From a virus (taxonomy: Duplodnaviria > Caudoviricetes): a stretch of DNA of 64,000 bases. Below the pieces are notes generated by a model. The model searched no databases. It was not told the DNA's origin and was given only the letters and a program-made list of their open reading frames with translations. The stretch is from positions 111,416-175,415 of the IMG/VR virus record IMGVR_UViG_2832410175_000003. The stretch is one strand, 5' to 3'. The translations under genes were made by a program, and so were the position numbers. Below are positions 48,679-58,830 of this stretch, piece by piece; within the stretch, counting starts at the first letter, position 1; each line of letters starts with the position of its first letter.

Positions 48679-50139
48679 ATGTCAATGATTAAAATTGAAA
48701 ACCTTACGTTTTCATATCCGACAAGTTATGATAATGTTTTTGAAAATGTCAGTTTCCAGGTTGATACCGATTGGAAGCTTGGTTTTGTGGGCAGAAACGG
48801 ACGAGGTAAAACAACCTTTCTGAATCTTCTGCTTGGGAAATATGAGTATAGTGGAAAAATCCTATCATCCGTACAGTTTGATTATTTTCCTTATCCCGTT
48901 TCAGATAAGAATCGTATTACAGAGGATATATTGCAGGAGATTTGCCCACTTGCGGAAGAATGGGAACTTATGCGAGAACTTTCTTATCTTGATGTTGATG
49001 TCGATGTGCTTTGGCGACCTTTTGAAACACTTTCCAACGGAGAGCAGACAAAGGTTTTGATTGCCGCTCTTTTTCTTAATGAAGGGCATTTCCTACTGAT
49101 TGATGAACCTACCAACCATTTGGATGCCAAAGCGAGAAAAAGTGTGGCGGCATATCTGAAAAAGAAAAAGGGATTCATCTTAGTTTCTCACGATCGTCGC
49201 TTTCTTGACGATTGTGTTGACTATATTCTATCGATTAACCGAGCGAATATCGAAGTGCAAAGAGGAAACTTTTCATCATGGATGTCAAATTTTGAGCGAC
49301 AGCAAGAATTTGAACTGGCTCAGAACGAACGTTTGCAAAAGGACATCAGACGATTACAGCAGTCGGCAAAACGCGCTGCAGTATGGTCTGAACGTGTAGA
49401 AGCTTCCAAAATTGGGGCAGCAGATAAAGGTTATGTCGGTCATAAAGCCGCCAAAATGATGAAGCGTTCAAAATCTATAGAAGCGAGACAACAACAGACA
49501 ATCGAACAAAAATCAGCATTGCTGAAAAATATGGAAACCGCAGAAGCCCTCAAGATACAACCGCTTAATTACCATACAGATTTGCTTGCATCATTATCGA
49601 ATGTAGTAGTTTATTATGATGGCATTTCAGTTTGTGAACCCGTTTCGTTTGAAATAAGACAGGGAGAACGCATTGTGCTTGATGGAAAGAACGGCAGTGG
49701 CAAAAGTAGCCTGTTAAAGTTGGTAGTCGGGCAGTCCATAGATTATACGGGTACAGTAACACTTGGCTCTGGGCTTGTAATTTCTTATGTGCCACAGGAT
49801 ACATCGTATTTATGTGGAACCCTTTCCGAGTTTGCAGAAGAAAACAACCTTGATGAAAGTTTGTTCAAGGCAATTCTTAGGAAAATGGACTTTGAGCGTG
49901 TACAGTTTGAAAAGGATATTAAAGACTTTTCTGGCGGGCAAAAGAAGAAAGTCCTAATTGCGAAAAGCCTTTGTGAAAAGGCACACTTGTATGTATGGGA
50001 TGAACCGCTCAACTTTATTGATGTGTACTCACGTATGCAGATTGAACAACTCATAACGGAGTTTGCCCCGACCATGCTCCTGGTAGAACATGACAGTGTT
50101 TTTCGAGATACTGTGGCAAGTAAAATTGTGAATATCTAA
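48679..50139 (+). CDS. lsa: ABC-F ribosomal protection protein, Lsa family
   Basis: NLTFSY...DTDWKLGFVGRNGRGKTT; two ABC cassettes with a linker and no TM segment. Confidence 0.88.
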   Translation: MSMIKIENLTFSYPTSYDNVFENVSFQVDTDWKLGFVGRNGRGKTTFLNLLLGKYEYSGKILSSVQFDYFPYPVSDKNRITEDILQEICPLAEEWELMRELSYLDVDVDVLWRPFETLSNGEQTKVLIAALFLNEGHFLLIDEPTNHLDAKARKSVAAYLKKKKGFILVSHDRRFLDDCVDYILSINRANIEVQRGNFSSWMSNFERQQEFELAQNERLQKDIRRLQQSAKRAAVWSERVEASKIGAADKGYVGHKAAKMMKRSKSIEARQQQTIEQKSALLKNMETAEALKIQPLNYHTDLLASLSNVVVYYDGISVCEPVSFEIRQGERIVLDGKNGSGKSSLLKLVVGQSIDYTGTVTLGSGLVISYVPQDTSYLCGTLSEFAEENNLDESLFKAILRKMDFERVQFEKDIKDFSGGQKKKVLIAKSLCEKAHLYVWDEPLNFIDVYSRMQIEQLITEFAPTMLLVEHDSVFRDTVASKIVNI

Positions 50140-50353
50140 ATTGGTTCTTCCGCAATTTTACGTTTTTCGCTTTAATAAAAATGGAGAATGCTGATTTACA
50201 CTGGCATTCCAGTATTGAAAAATTACAAAATACGGATAATTGCGTAAGAACCTCTAAATTAAAATAATTGTATGGGTTAATTCCAGCTTTACAGAGACTC
50301 AAATTCCAGTTTGTAGAATTAAGAAAATCGTAATTTGTGGAGGTAAAATATAG

Positions 50354-50899
50354 ATGAATCAAGGTAGAATTATTGTAATCACAGGTGCGCCGGGGACAGG
50401 AAAAACTACAACGGCATCTGCTGTTGCAAAAGAATCAGATTTGGAAAAGTCTGTGCATATGCACACAGATGACTTTTATCATTATTTGAGTAAAGGGGCA
50501 ATACCACCGCATTTGCCAGAATCAAATGAGCAAAATTTGATTGTCATTGAAGCGTTTTTAGAAGCTGCGAAGCGATATGCTCGTGGTGGATATGATGTAA
50601 TTGTTGACGGTATTATCGGACCGTGGTTTTTAAAGCCGTGGCAAAGTCTTGTTCGGGAACATTATGAGGTGCATTATATTATTTTAAGGGCAAGTAAGGA
50701 AGAAACCTTGAAGCGAGCTGTTGAACGCTCAAAGTTAGACCGAAAGACAAATATCGAATTGGTAGAAACCATGTGGGAGCAATTTTGCAATCTGGGAATA
50801 TATGAATCGAATGTTATAGATACGACCACTTATTCCATTCAAGAAACTGTTTCCGCAGTACAAGAAAAAATCGCAAGTAGGGCAGCGTTGTTGTCTTAG
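50354..50899 (+). CDS. P-loop small-molecule kinase (AAA_33/CPT-like)
   Basis: GAPGTGKTT; GYDVIVD. Confidence 0.8.
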   Translation: MNQGRIIVITGAPGTGKTTTASAVAKESDLEKSVHMHTDDFYHYLSKGAIPPHLPESNEQNLIVIEAFLEAAKRYARGGYDVIVDGIIGPWFLKPWQSLVREHYEVHYIILRASKEETLKRAVERSKLDRKTNIELVETMWEQFCNLGIYESNVIDTTTYSIQETVSAVQEKIASRAALLS

Positions 50900-51095
50900 A
50901 TTGTTTTGGTGCAATTCCAGTTTGTTAGCTTTACATCGGGTCAACTTGTCCCGAACTTTTACAACTAAATACCCGCCGCTCACACAGTGGCACACCGAGC
51001 AGGAAATCTGAAAAAGGTCTCCTGCTTTTTTTCTGCCCAAAATGAGGTGGTAAAACGCCACCCCATCCACCAATTAGCGAAAGGAGGGACACGAA

Positions 51096-52676
51096 ATGCC
51101 TTGTCCACACAACGAAATCACGATTGTTCAGCGCAGCCAGCGGCAGTCTGCGGTTGCCGCCGCTGCTTACCAAAGCGGCGAAAAGCTGTTCTGTGAATAC
51201 GACCAGCAAGTAAAGCACTACCCGGAAAAGCGTGGTATCGTCCACAATGAAATCCTGCTCCCGGCAAATGCTCCACAGGAATATGCAGACCGCAATACTT
51301 TATGGAATGCCGCCGAAGCGGTGGAAAAGCAATGGAACTCCCAGCTTGCAAGGCGGTGGGTGCTTACCATTCCCAGAGAGATACCGCCCGACCAGTACGC
51401 TGTCCTTGTACGGGAGTTTTGTGAACAGCAGTTTGTTTCCAAAGGCATGATTGCTGATTTTGCCATCCATGACCCCCATCCGCCGGGACACAATCCCCAC
51501 GCCCATGTCCTGCTGACCATGCGGGCAATGGATGAACATGGAAAATGGCTTCCCAAGAGCCGCAAGGTTTATGACCTTGACGAGAATGGGGAACGGATAA
51601 AGCTGCCGTCCGGCAGGTGGAAAAGCCACAAGGAGGATACGGTGGACTGGAACGACCAGAAGTATTGTGAAATCTGGCGGCATGAATGGGAGGTTATCCA
51701 GAACCGCTATCTGGACGCCAATGACCGCCCGGAGCGTGTGGACTTGCGTTCCTATGCCAGACAGGGGCTTGATATAGTCCCCACTGTCCATGAGGGGACT
51801 GCTGTCCGGCAGATGGAAAAGCGAGGTATCCAGACGAATATCGGCAACCTGAACCGGGAAATCAGAGCCGCCAACCGCCTGATGAAGTCCATCCGGCAGC
51901 TTATCCAAAACCTCAAAGGCTGGATTACCGAGCTGGGAGAAAAACGGAAGGAGCTGCTTGCACAAAAGGCGGCGGAGGAAGCGACACTTCTTCCCAATCT
52001 GCTGATGAAGTATATGGAGATACGAAAGGAAGAACGGAAGGACTGGACAAGGGCTGGACAGAACCGGGGAACTTCACAGGACTTAAAGGCAGTCAGCGAA
52101 GCCCTGTCCTATCTCCGGCAAAAGGGGCTTTCCACTGTGGAGGACTTAGAAGCGTTTCTGGAATCTTCCGGGAAATCAGCCGCAGATTACCGCAATCAGA
52201 TGAAGCCAAAGGAAGCCCGGAGCAAAGTGATTGACGGGATTCTTGCCAGCCGGACAGACTGCAAGGAATGTAAGGCTGTCTATGAGAAGTACCAGAAGAT
52301 ATTTTTTAAGAAAATAAAGGGGAAATTCAAACAGGAACACCCGGAGGTTGCCCGGTATGAGAAAGCCGCTGACTACCTTGCCAAGCACCCGGACGATAAG
52401 GATAAAACGAAAAATGAGTTGCAACAGGAGCAGGAAACGCTTCTCAGCGAAATCGCAGAGCTGAAAGTACCACTGACCGAGGTACAGGAGGATTTGAAGA
52501 AGCTGCGGGACATCCGCTACTGGGTACGGAAAGCCACACCCGGCACAGAGGAAAGCAAAGAGCCGCCCAAGAAGCAGCCCATCAAAGAAGTCTTGCAGGA
52601 TAAGACTGACGAGAAAAAAGCACAAAGAACCGCCCCGGCACAGGAGAAACACAGACAACAGGATATGGAACTTTAA
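51096..52676 (+). CDS. mobA: MobA/MobL (MOBQ) relaxase
   Basis: SAVAAAAY, LWNAAE and DFAIHD...NPHAHVLLT. Confidence 0.92.
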   Translation: MPCPHNEITIVQRSQRQSAVAAAAYQSGEKLFCEYDQQVKHYPEKRGIVHNEILLPANAPQEYADRNTLWNAAEAVEKQWNSQLARRWVLTIPREIPPDQYAVLVREFCEQQFVSKGMIADFAIHDPHPPGHNPHAHVLLTMRAMDEHGKWLPKSRKVYDLDENGERIKLPSGRWKSHKEDTVDWNDQKYCEIWRHEWEVIQNRYLDANDRPERVDLRSYARQGLDIVPTVHEGTAVRQMEKRGIQTNIGNLNREIRAANRLMKSIRQLIQNLKGWITELGEKRKELLAQKAAEEATLLPNLLMKYMEIRKEERKDWTRAGQNRGTSQDLKAVSEALSYLRQKGLSTVEDLEAFLESSGKSAADYRNQMKPKEARSKVIDGILASRTDCKECKAVYEKYQKIFFKKIKGKFKQEHPEVARYEKAADYLAKHPDDKDKTKNELQQEQETLLSEIAELKVPLTEVQEDLKKLRDIRYWVRKATPGTEESKEPPKKQPIKEVLQDKTDEKKAQRTAPAQEKHRQQDMEL

Positions 52677-52741
52677 CAGGCACTTGCCATTTTCAATTAG
52701 AGAATGTCAGGTGCTTTTCTTATTTTCAAGGAGGGATAGAT

Positions 52742-53386
52742 TTGAATGTATTCGAAGCTGTGAAGCAGTCCGTCACAACAAGACAGGCTGCGGAGTATTA
52801 TGGAATCCATGTAGGTCGGAACGGGATGGCTTGCTGCCCGTTCCATAACGATAAAACCCCAAGCATGAAGCTGGATCGGCGTTACCATTGCTTCGGCTGC
52901 GGTGCGGATGGGGATGTGATTGATTTTGCCGCCGCCCTGTATGGGCTGGGAAAGAAAGAAGCCGCCGTACAGCTGGCACAGGACTTCGGGCTTTCCTATG
53001 AGGACTGGAAACCGCCGGGAAAGGTAAAAAAGCCCAAGACCCGGCAGAAATCCCCGGAGGAACAGTTTCAGGAAGCAAAGAATCGCTGCTTCCGTATTCT
53101 TGCCGATTATCTCCATCTGCTGATGGCATGGAGAACGGACTACGCCCCGCACTCCCCGGAGGAAGCCTTTCATCCCCGGTTTGTGGAAGCCTTACAGAAG
53201 CAAGCCCAAGTGGAATATCTGCTGGATGTGCTGCTGTTCGGGGAAACAGAGGAAAAAGCGGATTTGATTACGGACTACGGAAAGGATGTGATACAGCTTG
53301 AACAGCGAATGGCAGAACTTGCAGCCGCAGACGCAGCAAGAACTAAAAAACACTATGAACGCCATGCAGCCGCCCCAGAGCGTTGA
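52742..53386 (+). CDS. CHC2 zinc-finger primase-associated protein
   Basis: CCPFHND..PSM...YHCFGC. Confidence 0.88.
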   Translation: MNVFEAVKQSVTTRQAAEYYGIHVGRNGMACCPFHNDKTPSMKLDRRYHCFGCGADGDVIDFAAALYGLGKKEAAVQLAQDFGLSYEDWKPPGKVKKPKTRQKSPEEQFQEAKNRCFRILADYLHLLMAWRTDYAPHSPEEAFHPRFVEALQKQAQVEYLLDVLLFGETEEKADLITDYGKDVIQLEQRMAELAAADAARTKKHYERHAAAPER

Positions 53387-54692
53387 GGAAATCAAGGCGG
53401 GGCTGGAAACCACCGAGAAAGGCGGTGTCCGTCAGAGCATACGGAACTGCCTGACCGTATTCCAACGTGACCCTCTGCTTTCAGGGGCTATCGCATACAA
53501 CATCCTGACTGACCGCAAGGACATCATAAAGCCCATCGGTTTTCACAGAGAAAGCACCGCCCTGAACGATACGGACATGAAGTATCTGCTTCTTTATCTG
53601 GAAGAAACCTACGGGCTTACCAATGAGAAAAAGATTGATAACGCCATCGGGATTGTGGCGAATGAAAACAAGTACCATCCCATCCGGGACTATCTCAATA
53701 CCCTTGTGTGGGACGGGACAGAGCGAATCCGCTTCTGCCTGCGGCACTTTCTGGGGGCTGACGCAGACGATTACACCTATGAAGCGTTGAAGCTGTTCCT
53801 GCTGGGTGCAATCTCACGAGCCTTTCAGCCGGGGTGCAAGTTTGAAATCATGCTCTGTCTGGTAGGCGGTCAGGGGGCTGGAAAGTCCACCTTCTTCCGG
53901 CTGCTGGCAGTCCGGGACGAGTGGTTCTCCGATGATTTGCGGAAGCTGGACGATGACAATGTGTACCGCAAGCTGCAAGGTCACTGGATTATTGAAATGT
54001 CGGAAATGATGGCAACCGCCAACGCCAAGAGCATTGAGGAAATCAAGTCATTTTTAAGCCGGCAGAAAGAGGTCTACAAGATACCTTATGAAACCCACCC
54101 GGCAGACCGCCCCCGTCAGTGCGTGTTTGGCGGCACTTCCAATGCCCTTGACTTCCTGCCCCTTGACCGTTCCGGCAACCGCCGCTTTATCCCGGTCATG
54201 GTGTACCCGGAGCAGGCGGAAGTTCACATTTTGGAGGATGAAGCCGCTTCCAGAGCCTATATCGGGCAGATGTGGGCGGAAGCGATGGAGATTTATAAAA
54301 GCGGCAGGTTCAAGCTGGCTTTCAGCCCCGCCATGCAGCGGTATCTCAAAGAACACCAGCGGGATTTTATGCCGGAGGACACCAAAGCCGGGATGATACA
54401 GGCGTATCTTGATAAATACACCGGGAGCATGGTCTGCTCCAAGCAGCTCTATAAGGAAGCCTTGAACCATGCTTTTGACGAGCCGAAGCAATGGGAAATC
54501 CGGGAAATCAACGAGATTATGAACCAGTGCATTTCCAGCTGGCGGTACTTCCCAAACCCAAGAATGTTTTCCGAATATGGCAGACAAAAGGGCTGGGAGC
54601 GTGAAAACCCGGCAACGGACTCCGGCAACCCGTCTGAAAAAACGATGGACGGTTTTGTGGAGGTCACAGAACAGATGGAGCTTCCATTCTGA
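53298..54692 (+). CDS. VirE/VapE-family P-loop helicase
   Basis: GGQGAGKST and GNRRF; paralog of 34003-35409. Confidence 0.88.
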   Translation: MNSEWQNLQPQTQQELKNTMNAMQPPQSVEEIKAGLETTEKGGVRQSIRNCLTVFQRDPLLSGAIAYNILTDRKDIIKPIGFHRESTALNDTDMKYLLLYLEETYGLTNEKKIDNAIGIVANENKYHPIRDYLNTLVWDGTERIRFCLRHFLGADADDYTYEALKLFLLGAISRAFQPGCKFEIMLCLVGGQGAGKSTFFRLLAVRDEWFSDDLRKLDDDNVYRKLQGHWIIEMSEMMATANAKSIEEIKSFLSRQKEVYKIPYETHPADRPRQCVFGGTSNALDFLPLDRSGNRRFIPVMVYPEQAEVHILEDEAASRAYIGQMWAEAMEIYKSGRFKLAFSPAMQRYLKEHQRDFMPEDTKAGMIQAYLDKYTGSMVCSKQLYKEALNHAFDEPKQWEIREINEIMNQCISSWRYFPNPRMFSEYGRQKGWERENPATDSGNPSEKTMDGFVEVTEQMELPF

Positions 54693-54933
54693 AAAGGACA
54701 GCCCGTTGCACCCCCTGTTGTTATCCCGTTGCCGAGCCGGTTGCCGGGAAAAACCCCTTATTTCCGGGCTTTTCTCCCTTATAACAACCAAAACAACAAA
54801 AAAATAAAAGAAAAGTATAAATAGTAACCATCGCCAGATTGAGATTGTTTGCAAGGTCTTTTGAAGTCCGTTGCCGGACTTCGTTGCCGACACCCTCTGT
54901 CTGGCTATTTTCATGTATGGAGGATAACTGCCT

Positions 54934-55131
54934 ATGGCAAAAAACAAAACAGAGATTCATGTGACCACTGTATTTGACGGGGAGCTTGACGCCACTGATG
55001 TGTTCGTCAGCCTGATTTCCCAGAAATACGGAAAGACAAATGCAAAAGAATATCTTGCTAAAAAGAAAGATATAGGCTATAATGAAGATGAGGTTCAAAA
55101 GAGCCAGATACCGTCTGGATTGTGTGGGTAA
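54934..55131 (+). CDS. 65-aa protein upstream of the recombinase (candidate directionality factor)
   Basis: SD GGAGG; same position as 35676-35843. Confidence 0.65.
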   Translation: MAKNKTEIHVTTVFDGELDATDVFVSLISQKYGKTNAKEYLAKKKDIGYNEDEVQKSQIPSGLCG

Positions 55132-56802
55132 ATGGCTATGATGAACGAAATGGAATACAGAACAATCGGTTCGGCACTTGCCGGGGGTTATCGTGCGGCG
55201 GTCTATTGCAGGCTGTCAAAGGACGATGACCTGCAAGGCGAAAGTGCCAGTATCGCAAACCAGCGTGATATGCTGGAAAAATACTGCGAAAAGCAGGGAT
55301 GGGAGGTTGTGGCAGTCTATCAGGACGATGGCTTCACAGGTCTTAACATGGAGCGTCCTGACCTACAGAGAATGTTGAGAGCCATTGAGCGCAGGCAGAT
55401 CAACCTTGTCATCACGAAAGACCTCAGCCGACTGGGGCGTAATTATCTGCAAACCGGGCATTTGATTGAGGACTTTTTCCCAAGAAACGGTGTCCGCTAT
55501 ATCGCCATGAATGACGGCATCGACACCCTGCGGGATAACAACGACATTGCCCCGTTCAAGAATATCCTGAACGAGATGTACAGCAAGGATATTTCCAAGA
55601 AAGTCCATTCCTCTTATCTTCTGAAAGCGCAGAAAGGACAGTTTACCGGGTGTCTTGCCCCGTTTGGGTATCGGAAAGACCCGGAGGACAAAAACCATCT
55701 GCTCATTGACGAGGAAACCGCCCCGATTGTGCGGCTGATTTTCGGATATGCCCTGAACGGTCATGGTCCGAACTATATCCGCAGACGGCTGGAGAAAGAA
55801 AAAATCCCCTGCCCTACATGGTGGAACCGGGAACGGGGGCTTCGCAATACCCGCACCAAATGGGAAAAGAAAGACCCAGAAAACGGGCGGTATATGTGGG
55901 ACTTCTCCGTTATCAAAGACCTTTTGATGAATCCCGTCTACACCGGGGCGATTGCTTCCCAGAAAAAGGACTACCGCTTCAAAATCGGCACGATTGGGGA
56001 AAAGAAGCCGGAGGACTGGATTGTGGTGGAGGGACAGCATGAACCGCTGATTGACAGCATGAGCTTTGACATTGTGCAGAACAAGCTGAAATCCCGCCAG
56101 CGTCCGGGGCAGACCAATGAAATCAGCCTGTTTGCCGGACTGTTAAAATGCGGCGAGTGTGGGAAGTCGCTGACGGTACGCTACACAAACGCTAAACATC
56201 CCCAGCGGATTTACTCCTGCAAGACCTACAATGCCTTTGGAAAGAACCACTGCACCCAGCACCGGATTGATTATGACACCCTTTACAGCCATGTGCTGCG
56301 GAAAATCCGGGAATGTGCCAGAGCTGCCCTGATGGACGGGGAAGCGGTTGCCGACCGCCTGACCAATACCTGTGAAGCCGAGCAGCGGGAACAGCGGGAA
56401 GCAATGGAACGCTCCCTTACAAGGGACGAGGAACGGATTGAGGTTCTGGACAAAATGGTCATGCGGCTTTATGAGGATATGATTGCAGGGCGTATCAGTG
56501 AGCAGAATTTCAACACCATGCTGGAAAAGACACAGACCGAGCAGACGGAGCTTAAAACAAAAGTGTCCGAGGGCAGAAAGCGGCTGTCCGATGAAGTCCA
56601 GCTTGCCAATGATGCAAAACAATGGGTGGAAGCCATTCAGGAATACGCCAACATCACAGAGCTGGACGCAGCCACCCTCAACCGCTTAATCAAAGAAATC
56701 GTTGTGCATGAGCGCATTGACGAAGATAAAACAAGACACATTTCTATCGAAATTCATTTTAATCTCAAACCCATCCCGGAGGTGGAACAGGTCACTGCCT
56801 GA
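55132..56802 (+). CDS. Large serine recombinase
   Basis: AVYCRLS, KDLSRLGRN and CGECG. Confidence 0.95.
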   Translation: MAMMNEMEYRTIGSALAGGYRAAVYCRLSKDDDLQGESASIANQRDMLEKYCEKQGWEVVAVYQDDGFTGLNMERPDLQRMLRAIERRQINLVITKDLSRLGRNYLQTGHLIEDFFPRNGVRYIAMNDGIDTLRDNNDIAPFKNILNEMYSKDISKKVHSSYLLKAQKGQFTGCLAPFGYRKDPEDKNHLLIDEETAPIVRLIFGYALNGHGPNYIRRRLEKEKIPCPTWWNRERGLRNTRTKWEKKDPENGRYMWDFSVIKDLLMNPVYTGAIASQKKDYRFKIGTIGEKKPEDWIVVEGQHEPLIDSMSFDIVQNKLKSRQRPGQTNEISLFAGLLKCGECGKSLTVRYTNAKHPQRIYSCKTYNAFGKNHCTQHRIDYDTLYSHVLRKIRECARAALMDGEAVADRLTNTCEAEQREQREAMERSLTRDEERIEVLDKMVMRLYEDMIAGRISEQNFNTMLEKTQTEQTELKTKVSEGRKRLSDEVQLANDAKQWVEAIQEYANITELDAATLNRLIKEIVVHERIDEDKTRHISIEIHFNLKPIPEVEQVTA

Positions 56803-56895
56803 CCTGTCCCGCCGGGACGGTTCTCTTAACAACACCATATAGATTTTTTGTACGCCGCCGCCCGCCATCGAGCAGAGTTTTTACACCTAATTGGG

Positions 56896-56983
56896 GATGA
56901 AACAGCTCATGGCGGGCGGCGGCGTTGCCCTCATCGGCATCACCCTGATCCCTCTGCTGTCCGGTCTGCTGTCCACCACCTAA
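56896..56983 (+). pseudogene. maff2: Maff2, 3' part
   Basis: MKQLMAGGGVALIGITLIPLLSGLLSTT-stop. Confidence 0.85.
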
Positions 56984-57050
56984 TGATTCTCCAAAACCGG
57001 CGGGGGCTTTCGCTTGATAGCGGGAGCCCCCGCAAAGGAGGTGATCTCCC

Positions 57051-57917
57051 TTGATATTGGATATGATCCAGGAGTGGTTCAAGGAACTGCTCATTGACGG
57101 TATCATTTCAAACCTGACCGGGATGTTTGATACCCTGAATACAAAGGTGGGCGAGATCGCCGGGGAGGTCGGCATGACGCCCGCCGCCTGGAACAGCAGC
57201 ATCTTCAACATGATCCGAAACCTCTCGGAAACGGTGATTGTCCCCATCGCTGGCATCATCCTCACCTTCGTCATGTGCTACGAGCTGATCCAGCTCATCA
57301 TCGAGAAAAATAACCTCCACGACTTTGACACCTGGATTTTCTTCAAGTGGATTTTCAAGACCTTCTGCGCGGTGCTGATCGTCACCAACACCTGGAACAT
57401 CGTCATGGCGGTGTTCGATGTGGCGCAGAATGTGGTCAGTCAGTCGGCGGGGGTCATCATCTCGGACGCAGGCATCGACATTTCCGGCGTGGTGGGCAAT
57501 CTGGAGACCCAGCTTGCCGACTGGAGCGTGGGCGCCCTGCTGGGGCTGTGGTTCCAGAGTGTGTTCGTGGGGCTGTGTACGCAGATTCTTTCCATCTGTA
57601 TCTTCCTGGTGATCTACGGCAGAATGATTGAGGTGTATTTGGTCACCTCCATAGGGCCGATTCCCTTTGCCACGATGGTCAACCGGGAATGGGGCTCCAC
57701 GGGGCAGAACTACCTTCGCTCCCTGCTGGCCCTGGGCTTCCAGGCCTTCCTCATTATGATCTGCGTGGGCATCTATGCCGTGCTGGTGGAGGGCATCTCC
57801 ACATCCGGCGACAACATATCCGCTGCCATCTGGGGGTGCATGGGCTATACGGTTCTGCTGTGCTACACATTGTTCAAGACCGGCAGCCTTGCAAAATCCC
57901 TGTTCGGCGCCCACTAA
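57051..57917 (+). CDS. VirB6/TrbL-like conjugation membrane protein
   Basis: Polytopic; YGRMIEVY...PIPFAT; located between maff2 and prgI. Confidence 0.85.
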   Translation: MILDMIQEWFKELLIDGIISNLTGMFDTLNTKVGEIAGEVGMTPAAWNSSIFNMIRNLSETVIVPIAGIILTFVMCYELIQLIIEKNNLHDFDTWIFFKWIFKTFCAVLIVTNTWNIVMAVFDVAQNVVSQSAGVIISDAGIDISGVVGNLETQLADWSVGALLGLWFQSVFVGLCTQILSICIFLVIYGRMIEVYLVTSIGPIPFATMVNREWGSTGQNYLRSLLALGFQAFLIMICVGIYAVLVEGISTSGDNISAAIWGCMGYTVLLCYTLFKTGSLAKSLFGAH

Positions 57918-57930
57918 AGGAGGCAGATAT

Positions 57931-58826
57931 TTGAGAGTAGGCCTTATTGATGTGGACTCGCACAATTTTCCCAACCTGTGCCTGATGAAGCTCTCGGAGT
58001 ATCACACCAGACACGGGGATCGGGTGGAATGGTGGGACCCTGCAAAGCAATATGACCTTGTTTATAAAAGCCGGGTATTTACAGACACCTATTCCAAAGA
58101 CACCATACAGGTGAGCAATGCGGATAAGGTCATCCAGGGCGGTACAGGTTACGGCCCCGGCGAAAACCTCCCGCATGAGATCGAGCATATTCGGCCGGAC
58201 TATTTTCTATATCCGCGGTTTTTAGGTACAGCCTACGGCTTTTTAAGCCGTGGCTGTCCAAGGAACTGCGGATTTTGTATTGTCAGCAAAAAAGAAGGGC
58301 GCAGGAGCGTCCGGGTGGCTGATCTTTCCGAGTTTTGGAATGGTGAGGAAGAAATCAAACTGATGGACCCGAACCTGCTTGCCTGTCCCGACCATGAAAG
58401 GCTCATTGAACAGCTAATTGAGAGCCGGGCGCTGGTGGACTTTACCCAGGGGCTCGATATTCGCCTTATCAGCCGTGATAATGTATCTCTACTGAACAAA
58501 GTGCGGACAAAAGCGGTGCATTTCGCATGGGATAACCGGACGAGGACCTGACGGAGTATTTCCGTCGCTTTCGTGAACTTACTTCCATAAAGAGCGACCG
58601 AAACCGCCGTGTCTATGTCCTGACCAATTACGGCAGCACCCATGAACAGGATTTGTACCGGGTAAACACCTTGCGGGCATTGGGATATGATCCCTATGTG
58701 ATGATCTATGAGCGTCCCACGGCTCCACGCATTACCCGCCATCTGCAAAGATGGGTAAATAATAAACGGATTTTTCATTCCGTATCAGATTTTAAGGACT
58801 ATGCGCCGATGAAGAAGGAGGTGTGA
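57931..58826 (+). pseudogene. Radical SAM protein with a frameshift near 58537
   Basis: SRGCPRNCGFC; frame break at WDN, after which DEDLTEYFRR...HLQRWVN continues in another frame. Confidence 0.8.
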
Positions 58827-58830
58827 AACA

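Larger units (their letters stand above)
44377..56895. mobile_element. Serine-recombinase IME (IME2) inserted in maff2, carrying lnu and lsa
   Basis: maff2 halves on both sides; GGCATCAAGCAGTTCATGGC versus GGGATGAAACAGCTCATGGC at the junctions; crossover uncertain within about 20 bp. Confidence 0.88.
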
